A stretch of 60,062 nucleotides of DNA from Octopus bimaculoides (GCF_001194135.2 NC_068994.1:14942458-15002519); one strand, 5' to 3'. Positions 1-12,979 are shown, counted from the stretch's first letter. Notes: generated from the sequence alone by a model not told the origin. Program-made: numbers and translations.

Positions 1-53
<53 letters not shown>

Positions 54-66
54 TATATATATATAC
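1..66. repeat. (TA)n microsatellite with CA interruptions
   Basis: Direct reading of the sequence. Confidence 0.95.
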
Positions 67-2920
67 ATACATACACACACATGCACGAACATACTGAAAT
101 TAATATACAACGTATATGTACAATGTTGTATCGTTGTTATGTTGTTTATTTATGTCAGTGTAGTTGTAGGTAAGAATGCTTACGATTTTACAAAGATAAA
201 TGTTTATTAAAAGTTATTTTTCTCTCATTCTATGTGTGCATTGTAAGCAATAAATTCACAACCACAGGGCACATGCAATATGTTTATGTATATAACATAT
301 ATTACATATGCACACACAGTTATTGAAATTAATATGCATAACGTAATGTGCACAGCGTTATATCAATCCGTGGCAGTCGTGATGTTTACTAAGTGAAAAA
401 ACAACATTAAAAAGTTTTCTTAACCGCTCTCATAGTCATCAGACTAATTCTCAGTGACCTAGGTGGTTTTTAAAAAATTCTGTTTTTGCTTGTTTTTGTT
501 TTCGAGAGCTTTCAGATTTTCTAGGACCACTGTTTGTGTTCTGTCGTAGCTTAATTATTTCATAGGTTTACTGCTCCAGAATTAATATAAATTCATTTAC
601 TGCAAATAAATTATGCCTAGTGGTTGATCAAGCACTGGCCCAAGTTTCTTGTATAAATGAACAATAATACTTCCTTCATTTGTTTAAATTTTTATATTCC
701 TAAACATTATGGTCAATATACAGATATTGACCAACATTATCATTATTATAGATATAATTCATTTGTAAAATCTCGGAGGAAAATTAGAAGTCTGACAGAC
801 CGAGAGAAAAGAAAATAATAATAGAGTTTGCGAAAGCAAAAAAATGATACGCCGCTTTACTACACCATCGCCTTTCGACTTGAAAGTTCAGCAGTTGAAT
901 TGCTGTTTATGTGAGGTAAACAACATTAAATTACCCAAACAAACTCGTGGTTAAATTGTGTGAAGTCTGTATTGTATTGCAGTTTGTTGTTATCTATGTT
1001 AACTTCCACGCCGCTCTTCTCAGTGAATCGTTAGTTACGTTTGAATTTACAAAAATGTCTAAGTACTCAATATCGAAATGGAGTATAAGTGAAATATTTA
1101 CTATAGCAGCTTAGATTTATTCTGTTGGTACTCTGAGTTTCGCAAATCTTTGCTGATCGCGAAACTAAGACTATGTATAAGTGCGAAGGCAGTAAAGATA
1201 CACCACACTTACAATACTATACAAACTGTTGTTGTTAAAAGAGTACGTTATACGATTAAGATCAGTGTCAACATACACCTTAATAAAAAAATTTCTAATT
1301 TTAAATGACAGGTGGTGGGCTTGAACATGGGACACACTAACAAGTTCGGTGTGTTTTAGGCCCACCGTGAACTGAATGATTTTTCGAAATATTTTGTAGA
1401 AGTTATTTATACGGTAAGTTGCTCGAGAATCAGAAAAATTGCTATCAATAATGAAATACAATTTGTATTATAATACTTGTGATGCTTAATTATTCAACAT
1501 CAGTTGTCTGTAGGAAGTTGGCTAACTTTAATCTACTTCAAAATTGTCCGCTAACGAAAGATCACTTTATACAATATCGTCTACGAAGTATAAGGCAAGT
1601 TACTTTAATTCGGAAAAAATTGTTTTGATGGAGAAGAAAAAGACCGATATAATAATAATAATGAGATGGAGAATGCAAAAAAGATTGGTGGTGGTAGGGT
1701 ATATTTTATATATATTTTTATACATCTAAGGCAATGGATATAACACGTAGGTCCAGTCAGTTCTTACCAACAGAAATTTAGAAAATAAATGAATAAAATA
1801 AGCCAAAACATTAACGACTGAATGAACAAGATATATTGAATAAACTTTAAAGTAATGAATTATTCATTACACATAAAATAATATATTCGCTTTCGAAGAA
1901 ATAGTTCAAAAGATTTGTTGCAAAAAAGCAACCATATGTATATTCAGCCGCGCCTCCCCTTCCGATTATTGTTTTGGAAGTTTAAAAAGTTAAATAACTG
2001 TTAAAGTCATTGATGAAAACAAGAATGTTTAATAGCACATATGTCAAGAGAACATACAAACATATATATATATATATATATATAGGTGTATGTATGTATT
2101 GTGTTAAATGGGAAAAACCGACGGAAACAGATAAATACAGAGGAATGTTTGTTTAAAAGACTGACTTTTCATAGACATATGTTAAGGATTTGATATCATT
2201 TTGAAAACAAAACCAGAAAGAAAAAAAATAAAGGCGAACAAAATTCAAAGCAAAACAAAAAAATATCCATACCTATTTAGAAATATATATATGTATATAT
2301 ATATATATATAAATATATATACTTTTGATTGTTGTTTTGTGTCTTTTTGAAGATATACAGGATCAGAAAACGTAATAAAAATTCCTATGAAAGTAAATGA
2401 TCTCTGTCTGTCTGTCTGTCTGTCTCCTATTATAAACCAGCCTCTGTCATCAGAAGCAGTGAAGTTGTAGGAGTGGTACTTGGTGGTGATGGTGGTAAAT
2501 AAAGAGATGATATCTGGAAATGACAGTAACAACACTGGACAGGATGGATATTTAATTAGTTCACTTAAAAACTTTCCGAGTTCGAATCCCGCTAGAGTCG
2601 ATGACATATAAAACAAAGAAGTAAAAAAAAAAATTTAAAAAAGTACCGGTGATACACTGATTACATATATGTATCCCCTTCCCTAAGAAGAAATGACCTT
2701 GGGCTCAGTCAAAAGAAATCAATACTTGTGGTAACGACCAAGCTTAGCAAGTAGCTACAGGTTCTCTCACGTAAGTGATAGAGAGAGAGGGAGAAAGAGA
2801 GAGAGCGAGAGAGGTTCTCCCGCTTTCTATGAATACGCCAAGGTATAATAGTTTATGATGCAGCCTGCCGAGACACTGGCAAAACAGCAGCTGCATCCAA
2901 GTGATGTTGTCATCACTTAT

Positions 2921-3008
2921 CGCGCGCGCGCGCGCACTCACATACATAACATACATACATACACACAACGGTATCGTTACTACTACTACTACTACTACTA
3001 CTACTATA
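2921..3008. repeat. (CG)7 tract followed by (CATA)n-like and (CTA)n microsatellites
   Basis: cgcgcgcgcgcgcgc at 2921-2935; tactactac run at about 2977-3008. Confidence 0.9.
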
Positions 3009-3811
3009 ATTGTTCACTGTTGCCTTTAAATCAATACAACTGACTGGTTTAATAGCTTAGTCATGCAGTTTATTTAGGTCAACATGTCCTCCTTTGAAGT
3101 GGAGGGCTGGCTTCGGCAGTCAAGCTCTGAAGGCTGACAAGGCCAGACCAGCATTATTGGCTGACAAGAATCATTGGAGCTGGTTTTTCTTTTCTTTTCT
3201 TCCTTCCTTTCTTTATCTGCTAATGCTAAAAACCTTCAGAGCTCGCTTCTGTTTGAGCATTCCATTAATGTTCAGCCAGTCTCAACCAGGCAATGTTTAC
3301 ATAAAAGCTATATCTCAAAGGCGGCAGCAGCTGGTTAATCAGTTTCAGACAAGCTAAAGAAGATATTTTCGTCACCTCCCCCATCTTCCCTCCTATCTCC
3401 TCCTCCAATAACGTAAATAATATAAAGGCTGCATTAAGAAGTTCGCACTGAACACTTTTTGTTTTTAGAGCCGCCGCCGCCGACAGAAAGATATGAGTTT
3501 CACAGAGAAATTATAGTAATAAATAATGAGACATATCAATGTGACTGTTGTTGATAAAACGACAGTGCCGAGTTTAAGACGTAAGCTTTTAGGTAATCCG
3601 AGTTCGTGACCCGGTTTCAATTCCCAACTGAAACCCTTTCCACTTCATTCATGTCTATGAGAGAGGGGGGTAAAATAGAGAGGTTATAGATTGGTAGCCT
3701 TTCCGCTTACCCATTTCCCTTTGGATAATCTCGGGATTTTAAGCTATTGTAAGAAATTAAAAACGCTACAGAAAACAGCAGAAACTACGGGGAAAGGGAA
3801 AAGTTTCTATA

Positions 3812-4193
3812 TACTCTTTACTTTTTTACTCTTTTACTTGTTTCAGTCATTTGACTGCGGCCATGCTGGAGCACCGCCTTTAGTCGAGAAAATCGACCCC
3901 AGGACTTATTCTTTGTAAGCCTAGTACTTATTCTATCGGTCTCTTTAGCCGAACCGCTAAGTTACGGGAACGTAAACACACCAGCATCGGTTGTCAAGCG
4001 TTGTCGGGGGGACAAACACAGACACACACATATATATACATATGTATATATACGACGGGCTTCTTTCAGTTTCCGTCTACCAAATCCACTCACAAGGCTT
4101 TGGTCGACCCGAGGTTATAGTAGAAGACACTTGCCCAAGGTGCCACGCAGTGGGACTGAACCCGGAATCATGTGGCTGGTAAGCAAGCTTGCT
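3812..4193 (-). mobile_element. SINE family A (tRNA-like head, internal TA/CA microsatellite, ...gactgaaacaagtaaaaga tail), near-consensus, 5' end clipped
   Basis: Highly similar to copies at 9229, 12062 and 17379; B-box-like GGTTCAGTCCC on the minus strand; CpGs retained. Confidence 0.9.
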
Positions 4194-5402
4194 TCGAGCA
4201 AATTTATAACAGACATTGAAGTCATTACTGTCCCGTTTTTTGTTTGTTTTTTTTTTGTGCTGTTTCTTTTTGACTCAGTATATCGTGAGGACTACATTAT
4301 CCTGCGTCCTCATTTAAGGCAGCAAGCTGTGATTTGAGAGACTTGGCTGCTATTTCTTCTTGGCTCGGTGACTAGATAAAAATGCTAAAGCTGACCCTAA
4401 TTGTCAATAAATTTTATAAATGTGGACAATCGTTAATAAAGGTTAAGATTAGCACTATATAACATACATGAATAATTGATCTGAGGATGATGTTTAATCG
4501 AGTCGGCCACACACTGTTGAACGCTTAATGTTCGACTGAAAGATTATACTAGAACTGTACAAAAGTTGGTATAATTTTTTTTTAATTATCTGACATAAAT
4601 CGTTCAAGTTGCACATGTTGGTAGAGTAACTCTTCTCCTACACAAAGCTACTACTCAACATAGTCTCCATCACAATCAATGCATTTGCGCCATCGTTGAA
4701 CTCAATTTACGAATCATCTTCAAAAAATTTCAAGTGTGCAGTGTTGTACTAATTTCTCAACGGCCACTTTCACCTGTGTCGTCAAATATTTGTTCCCCCA
4801 ACACTGTTCTTCATTATATTCAACAGGTAGAAGTTGGAAGATATCAGATCCAGACTGAATGGTGGATGGGGAACCTACTGACCAGTCCACTGATTGTTGA
4901 CAAATATGTGTAGTCAAGCATTCTTGTGGTGAATGTGGATCATTTTCAGGTTCTTGTTCGTTTTTTTCCTCCTAGTGGTTTCTTTTGCTTTTTATGTATC
5001 CCTCATTGTTCATAGTATAGCCATGTTCAATGAAATAATGCCTTTGTCATCTCCAAGAAGAAAAAAAAAATTACCATGACTTTCTGTGCTGATTATAGGC
5101 TCCTGAACATCTTGGAGAAGAGGTGTGACACCATTCCATTGAAAAAGCATTTGTTTCTAGATCATAACGATATGCCCTCTTTTTATTTTGTCACTAAATC
5201 AGAAAATACATTTCTTCATTGGCTTCCAATGCTTCTAGCTGATCAAAGCAGACTTTCACCTGTCACTCTTCCAAATCAGGTGTTGACGGCAATCACAGAT
5301 TGCCTGCACAAGTCAATTCTGCTTGCTAGCAATCTGAGTCAGTGGTCGCAGTTGATGGTCTTCCACGGCGTAGTTTGTCTTCCATTATTGTCTTTCCTCT
5401 TC

Positions 5403-5628
5403 TTAAACCCTCTAGCTTTAAACCAGCCATATAAGGACCAAATATTCAACCCGTTTTGGGCTCAAACAGGTCAGATCCAACCTCTCACATCTACCCTACA
5501 ATGTCATTCTAAAAATAAACTAACACAACATTGAAATCTTGAAACTTCATAATGCATGATTAATTCAAAATAACATGAATAAATAAGAACTGCATCTGAC
5601 AGAATAATCTGAAAGCTAAAGGGTTTAA
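5403..5628. mobile_element. piggyBac-type MITE (TTAA-CCC...GGG-TTAA termini)
   Basis: Starts ttaaaccctctagcttt and ends aaagctaaagggtttaa; inserted at TTAA inside the mariner fossil; related copies at 17118, 19419, 31676 and 39773. Confidence 0.75.
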
Positions 5629-5790
5629 CTTCATCTGTCTGTATACCTTGCTCATATCAATGATGTCATCTATGTCAAAAACCAGTAGCCTTTTGTAGAT
5701 GTCAAACATCCTTTAGCTCCCCCTTCATCAAGAACTAAATGATGGAATGTTGCTTCTGCTTAGAGCCCATTGTTTGCAAGAAGAGTTTCT

Positions 5791-6012
5791 TATTTCTTTA
5801 TTGCCCACAAGGGGCTAAACACAGAAGGGACAAACAGAGACAGACAAAGGGATTAAGTTGATTACATCGACCTCAGTGCGTAACTGGTACTTAATTTATC
5901 TACCCTGAAAGGAAAGTCGACCTAGGCGGAATTTGATCTTAGAACGTAGCGACAGACGAAATACCGCTAAGCATTTCGCCCGGCGTGCTAATGTTTCTGC
6001 CAGCTCGCCAGG
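5791..6012 (-). mobile_element. SINE family C (head ggcgagctggcagaa, central tttcatcctttcggggtcgataaattaagtacc, tail aataaagaaataag)
   Basis: 13-bp TSD aagaagagtttct at 5778-5790 and 6013-6025; similar to copies at 7710, 37029 and 45832. Confidence 0.9.
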
Positions 6013-6235
6013 AAGAAGAGTTTCTATAGAGATAGAGTTACTCAACCAACCAACATGATTTGAACAACCAATATTATTCAATAAAAGAAAGTTATGCCCA
6101 CTTTTGTAGTACTTTCAGGGCAACTTTCATATGCACTGTCCATGGCAGGACTAAGCAAATTAGTGAAGACAAAAACTACCAAATATCAGAGAAAGAGTTG
6201 ATGATTACATAGTTTAGTAACTGATGAGAACAGAG

Positions 6236-6500
6236 CAGTGGTCCTTAAACTGGGGTATGCAAGAGGAAAAAGCAGGGGTACTTGAGGAAGTAATTACCCC
6301 TAACTAAAGGCTACATGAGTGTTTAGAAAATGTGTAGAGAGCCATTTACTTTTCCTATTCACTTATCATTGTACATTTATTGCCAAAACCAAATTTGGCA
6401 CAAGACTGTTGAGAATGATATGTGGGTGTGCTTCTCTGAAAGTCTGCCCAGAATTGAGTTACTTGTTAAAGAGAACTAAGCTGGTCCCACTCGTTAAAAA
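6236..6500 (+). mobile_element. hAT (Charlie/Buster-like) derived fragment with decayed transposase C-terminus
   Basis: Starts with cagtggtccttaaactgggg (Charlie-like TIR). Translation LLFLFTYHC..IAKTKFGTRL / VENDMWVCFSESLPRIELLVK resembles the hAT dimerisation-domain end. Confidence 0.55.
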
Positions 6501-7625
6501 TGTAAATGAAATTAATTTCTTCCATAGGTGCATGGCCAGAGATTTGTGGGTAGGGAACAAGTTTATTATATCAACCCTAGTACTTGGCTAGTACTTAATT
6601 CTATTGAACCTAGAAGGATGAAGGCCAATGTTGATCACAAGGGAATTCAAATTCTTTAAATTAGATTAAAAGTGCCTGTTGTCTGTTCTATATTCTTCAC
6701 ATGGTGTATGCCAACATTTTCCACACATCCTGCACAGGCAGCCATATGCATCTGCTTCTTCATGCTAGCATGGGTTGAATGAATGCATCATTGTCTTACA
6801 ATAGGATGTCCTTCTTGATGCAAGCCTTTATCTGTTCTTCAAGGCAGCAGTTGCATTGTCCCCTCACTATCTATTCATTCTATTACAACTATAACAGCAA
6901 GAATTCCTCCAAATTTGCCTATTGTTGTCTACTGTCCATTTTATCCTTCAATTGTGGATCCTTAGACAACTGTTCATCCTAATCCTCAATGTGCAGTTTC
7001 AGTCACAGATGGGACATATAAATGTTTGGTTGGAGAGACTAGGTATTAATCTATCTACATGCCTTTTATACTCACTTCTGATAGTATCCTGTTTTTAACA
7101 CCAAAGTGAAAAGATGGTAGCAATGCTTTTCACAGCTGAAGGGTTACAGACCACACCCCTTTCAGCCAGTTCACCCAACACATCTATCTCTCTTCCTCTC
7201 ATCACCCCATACTATACTCACATGGCACTAACTGCTATTCCTAATCCTTACTTCTTAAAACTTTCTCAGCAATTCCCTTCTTGAAATGGCTTTATGCAAA
7301 TACACGTTCAAACTGATGAACACCAACTGCATCAGTCACACCAGTGTCAGAGAACATGAAGAGGTTATGAGCACTGTCCCTTTCCTTGAAATCCCCAAAA
7401 CTCTAAAAAAAAGCCCCAAAATACAACTTCTCACTACTTCAATTCTTATTCTTAAAAACCCTATTCATACTGTAGGCCAAAATGTGGTCAATATACATTA
7501 TGACAACTCTGAATACATACCAGTAATATATATTTTACAGAATGTTTTTAAAATTAAAAAGACTTAAAATTTGTTTATAAGATTAGAACTGGTTGGGGTG
7601 GGGAAGGCAGATTAAGCATCAGTAC

Positions 7626-8024
7626 TGTTGTGTCGACACCCCCAAGTGAAGAAGTAGGATCGCCCAAGACATATAAATAGAGGTAGTCTGACCGTGGTAG
7701 AGTGTTGAAGATGGCAAGCTGGCAGAAACGTTAGCATCCTGGACAAAATGCTTAGCGGTATTGGTATTTCGTCTGCTGCTACGTTCTGAGGTCAAATTCC
7801 GCTGAGGTCGACTTTACCTTTCATCCTTTCGGGGTCGATAAATTAAGTACCAGTTACTCACTGGGGTCGATGTAATCGACTTAATCCCTTTGTCTGTCCT
7901 TGTTTGTCCCCTGTATGTTTAGCCCCTTGTGGGCAATAAAGAAATAAGAGTGTTGAATGACTTGAGCAGCGGTTGAGTAGAGATCATCCGAAGGAGTTAG
8001 ACAGCAGTAGCTTGAGACATAACA
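7626..8024. mobile_element. Short solo LTR (151 bp net) with a SINE C insertion
   Basis: TG...CA ends with inverted termini tgttgtgtc / gacataaca; 5-bp TSD agtac at 7621-7625 and 8025-8029; TATAAA near 7672. Confidence 0.75.
7710..7946 (+). mobile_element. SINE family C, full length
   Basis: 11-bp TSD agagtgttgaa at 7699-7709 and 7947-7957. Confidence 0.9.
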
Positions 8025-9228
8025 AGTACTATGGGTCATATGTTTGACACCTTTGATGCAGTCATGGGAAATTACTTCAGTGTATAACTGGTATTTATTT
8101 AGTCCACCACGAGGAGAAAAAAAAAGGCAAAGATGATGTCAACAGGTTTTTGAATGCGGAAGACAGAAGGAAAGGTTTAAGTAGGTAAAAATACAGTGAA
8201 ACATTCAACCACAGCAACATCCTACTACATACAAACATGAATAGCCGAGAAATACTTGAGAAACAGAAAACAATAGCAGTGGAGGTGATTAACTGATTAA
8301 TTTTAAATAGATCTGGGAAAGTAGCTGAGAATACCATGGTACTCATGAGAAAGGTTAAAAAACAAGAGAGAGAAAAAATAGTGGTTTAAAGCTTTCATCT
8401 TCAACTGCTATTTTAAGTACATTGCAATTTTTAGATAGTTAATCACATGTGAGTAATAAGTTGATTGTTTTCAACAAGTCACTTTCATGGCAATCTTCCA
8501 TTATAGGAATATCGATAGGAGCCGAGTTGTATTTATATCTTACAAAGAAACTAAATACATACACAAACACACCATAAACATGTCTCTCTTTGCCACTAGA
8601 CAAGCAGCTGCATGCATTTGGACAGTTTTTCTTATGACATAGTATAATATATCTTAGATGAAAAAAAAAAAATCCACAAGGACAAAACTGCAATAGCAAG
8701 TGTGAAGGGAAGGAAATGGAATGGCAACAAGCACTGTTTGCATGTCCCCCTTTGTGTGAGATAAAGCAAAAAACATAAAAAATAAAAAATGAAGAAAAAA
8801 AGCAAGATTGTAGGCCATTGAGCCATACTAAAATGATTGGTTATGCACTAATTTCATTTTATAATATTAAAAGGTCATGTTCTAAAAGTACAAGAAAATA
8901 TATCAACAAAACAAAATAGTTGCTAGGGTGGGTGGTTTAAAATTGAAGATAAAGATTTCATTGTATAATTATCGTCACCACACACATACTACTGGCTAAG
9001 CACCTGATACATTTGTATGTAATTTATATGCTTTGCACTTCTTACAGTTGTATGTTCTGTGCACATACATCTATCTATCTGTCTGTCAATCTATTTATCT
9101 CTAATTTCCAGGATAATAGCCTTTAAAAGATATGTACGTTATACTGACTTTGTTTAATTTCTTGACAAGACTAAAATTTGTGACACATTGTACTATACAA
9201 TACTATCAAGATATAAAACAGAGTGTCT

Positions 9229-9439
9229 TTTATTCTTTTATTTGTTTCAGTCATTTGACTGTGGCCATGCTGGAGCACCGCCTTTAGTCAAGCAAATCGA
9301 CCCCAGGACTTATTCTTTGTAAGCCTAGTACTTATTCTATCGGTCTCTTTTGCTGAACCGCTAAGTTACGGGGACGTAAACACACCACCATCGGTTGTCA
9401 AGCGATGTTGAGGAGACAAACACAGAAACACAAACATAT

Positions 9440-9491
<52 letters not shown>

Positions 9492-9610
9492 GATGGGCTT
9501 CTTTCAGTTTCAGTCTACCAAATCCACTCACAAGGCTTCGGTCGGCCCGAGGCTATAGTAGAAGACACTTGCCCAAGGTGCCACGCAGTGGGACTGAACC
9601 CAGAACCATG
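9229..9610 (-). mobile_element. SINE family A, 5' truncated
   Basis: Near-identical to 3812-4193 with a longer CA/TA tract. Confidence 0.9.
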
Positions 9611-12061
9611 TGTACTTCATGTGTAATCAAATACACTGGACAAATGTAAACAAATGTCTATACCATCTCTTCATGAGCACAAAACAAGGTATCAGTCTGA
9701 CCAGATTCACTACTGTTTGGGACAAATCATTAGAGATTGCACACCTGTTGTTTTTTATCCCAGAGAAATTGCATATATAGTCACCGTTATTAAAGGCTTC
9801 TCTAAACAGGAAAATCTAATTTGCATAAATTGTACTTTGATGGCAGCTACATCAATCAATTATTGATGAACTAAATAGCAGGCTTTTGAAAACATAAATG
9901 TAGCAAATCTAAAGCAAGTTGTTTATGTATCAATAATTAACCAATTGATTTAGCTTAAAAAAAAAAAATGTTACACAAAAGCTCTGCATAAGATGAACAC
10001 TTTACTAACCCATTTTTAATCCATGTAATGAAGAAGTATGAGCCTACTTTGCAAACTTCACTTCATTTCTTCAATGGTAGATATATGCAATAATAAATGG
10101 ATTGTTGCAATGCAGTAGGCAACCATAGATATCATATACAAGGATATGTAATCAAAGTTTTAAGATATATAGAATCTCACTCAGCAGAATGCATGGGCAT
10201 GGTTGATTGTCAAACCAAGCTAGGTCATTCAATAAAGGTTCTGTCTTTTGGTCAAGTGGAAATTCCTGTGTTTCTTAGAATGAATTTTAAATAAAAAAAG
10301 TCCAATAAATGCTAAGCGAGTACTAAGATTGTTGTATTCTATCAGAGAGTTGCAACACACAATGTTCATGTCAGGCCTTGAATGGACATGTATCTGCATG
10401 TGACGACATCTTATAATAGGGTGGGATAAGATTTTAATTCATAGAACCACTCTTTGTCAGAGCCGCCCTTTGTAAAGTAAGAAGGAAAATTAAAGGTGAT
10501 GAGAGGACGAGAAGAAAAGAAAGAAAGGAAATGAAAAAAAGGGAAGGAAAATAAGGTGGAGGAGGTTGGAGTAATGTGAGGAAGAGTATAAGAAAGCATG
10601 GAGTGGGAGGAGATGATAGGTCATGAATAAAATAAATGGATCTTGTCAGAATTTCCAACCTTAAGTGTTCAGTTGTTTGACCAACTGAACTACCAGACTC
10701 AATGGATTAGTGTGTAAGTGGCTGAGTATTTCAGATATATGTATCCTTAATGTAATTCTCAAGCAGGATTAGTGTGACAAGATTGAACATGTAAATTACA
10801 AGCACAATTCATCTGATGAGCTTCCATAGTTTCCATGTACCTTATTTCACTCACAAGGAATAGGTCAACCCAAGGTTATAGAAAATGTTACTTGCCTAAA
10901 ATACCATACAATCAAATTGAAACCAGAAATATTCAGTGAAGACCTTCATAATTTTTTTCAAACAATCTGATTTTAAAATGATGGTTAGGTTTAATGTCAA
11001 AGGTTTAAATATCTTGACATTAGCCTCTATCCTAATAACAGACATTTCTCACTATATTAATAAATTTTCTAACCATCCAAGAACTATTTTAAGTAGTGTT
11101 GGTAATAATATGTCTTTATATAGTTTTAATCTCTCCTCTAACAAAGTTGTTTTACTGTTGCTTTACAATATTATGAGACATTTAAAGATGATGGTTTCAT
11201 AGACAAAGCTAGATATAATAAAAGAAATGATTGATCACCAAGTGCCACTAGAAATAGGAAAATAAGGTATAATCCACCTTTCAAACTACAAGTCCTGATC
11301 CCTGTAGCAACAATTTGCTTTCAATTTGTTACATAATTATGTCCTACTCAACCACATATGTAAGTTTATTGTTAAAAGCTGTGTGAAATTCCCTATTCCA
11401 CCATGCCTAGTTTTGGATAATCATTCTTAATATGAACAAATATAAATAGAATGATTTTACCCCATTACACAACTGTCTACTTCTAATCATACAAAGCAGA
11501 TTGAATGCCTTCTAGAATACAACTGTACAATAGAAAGGTGTATTTACAATGTCCCTGTGAATACAAATAATGTTTTAAATTCTTATTCTGGATTGGCCTG
11601 AAACTCATTAAAGCTCAAAATGACCGTTTTCATTTATTCTAGAACCAAGAATGGCACCAGTTTTGTCAAATTTTTCTGGCATCTTAAGAATAATAATATA
11701 AATTTGATATGAAACAGAAATTAATGTATTGCCAATAAATATAGACATTCTAACAAACATTGCATGTTGTACACATCAGAAACTTATCAGATTTTGTTTT
11801 CTGCTAATCAATAAATATTATGAATAAATTTCCAACTGCATACACTGAACATTTTTTCAAACCATTCATTAAGTAACATCTAATACACAGGACAATGAAG
11901 GTGACTTCCCCAAAATACAAACTCTCCATACCTTTTCACTGGTGTTTATAAACGATGATGTAAGACATCTATCATCTTATAACTACCTGTTATAAAACAG
12001 TTATGGTCAATGAATTAATTACCTCCTTCAAATAATTCAAATCTAAATATTTAATTTAATA

Positions 12062-12476
12062 TTTTTTACTCTTTTACTTGTTTCAGTCATTTGACTGTGG
12101 CCATGCTGGAGCACTGCACCGCATTTAGTCGAGCAAATCGACCCCAGGACTTATTCTTTGTAAGCCTAGTACTTATTCTATCGGTCTCTTTTGCCGAACT
12201 GCTAAGTTACAGGGACATAAACACACCAGCATCGGTTGTCAAGCAATGCTAGGGGGACAAACACAGACACACAAACACACACACACATATATATATATAT
12301 ATACATATATACGACGGGCTTCTTTCAGTTTCCGTCTACCAAATCCACTCACAAGGCTTTGGTCAGCCCGAGGCTATAGTAGAAGAAACTTGCCCAAGGT
12401 GCCACGCAGTGGGACTGAACCCAGAACCATGTGGTTGGTAAGCAAGCTACTTACCACACAGCCACTTCTACGCCTA
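12062..12476 (-). mobile_element. SINE family A, full length
   Basis: Includes the head (reverse complement of taggcgtagaagtggctgtgtggtaag) and the tail. Confidence 0.9.
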
Positions 12477-12948
12477 TTTTAAACATTTAATTTGACAACC
12501 AATAATTTGGTTGTGTCACGTGTTCCCCCATAGTTTCATTATATTCACACATTTCAAATGTATCCCAAGTAAATATCTTAAAATATATGTTTGCTCTCAT
12601 CAGCCTTGACTTTCTAAAATGACAATTTTGGACCAGTGACTGGAAGATGAAATAACTACCTTACAAGCCGTTTTCTGTATCCTATTCAATTGGTTAGTTT
12701 GAAATTTTTTTTTAACTGTCTGTTCCATCTCTACATAACTGAGTGAGCCTCAACTGCTCACTCTCTCCTTCTTACTTTTTCTATGATCTTTTCTCCCACT
12801 ACTCCCTTACCCATAATTTTCTGTGTATGCAATTTTTTTTCAAATTTATTTTAGTACGTTTTCCAATGAATTTGAAAGTAGAAACTATAATAAAATAGCA
12901 GAATCATATATATATATATATATTTCTATATATACATACATACATACA

Positions 12949-12979
<31 letters not shown>

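Larger units (their letters stand above)
4600..6131 (-). pseudogene. Decayed mariner (Tc1/mariner) transposase, interrupted by a TTAA-MITE and a SINE
   Basis: Minus-strand translation with frameshifts and stops gives mariner motifs in the correct order: KQ..II*FL, DIYKRL, EDKLRRGRPSTAT, YDLETNAFSMEWCHTSSP, SAQKVM, HHKNA*LH, HPPFSLDL..NFYL (YSPDL motif), RWRKCIDCDGDYVE*. Confidence 0.85.

Noticed and set aside
2575-2600. GTTCGAATCC B-box suggesting a tRNA
   Set aside because: No cloverleaf; the context matches a decayed SINE C fragment.
6221-6260. CTGATGAG as a hammerhead core (also 10813, 54609 and several minus-strand CTGATGA)
   Set aside because: No helix II followed by GAAA and no matching helices I and III.
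10172-10256. Minus-strand open segment EFPLDQKTEPLLNDLAWFDNQPCPCILL ending at a gtgaga donor
   Set aside because: Acceptor lacks a pyrimidine tract and the peptide does not resemble the expected next KDM3 exon.
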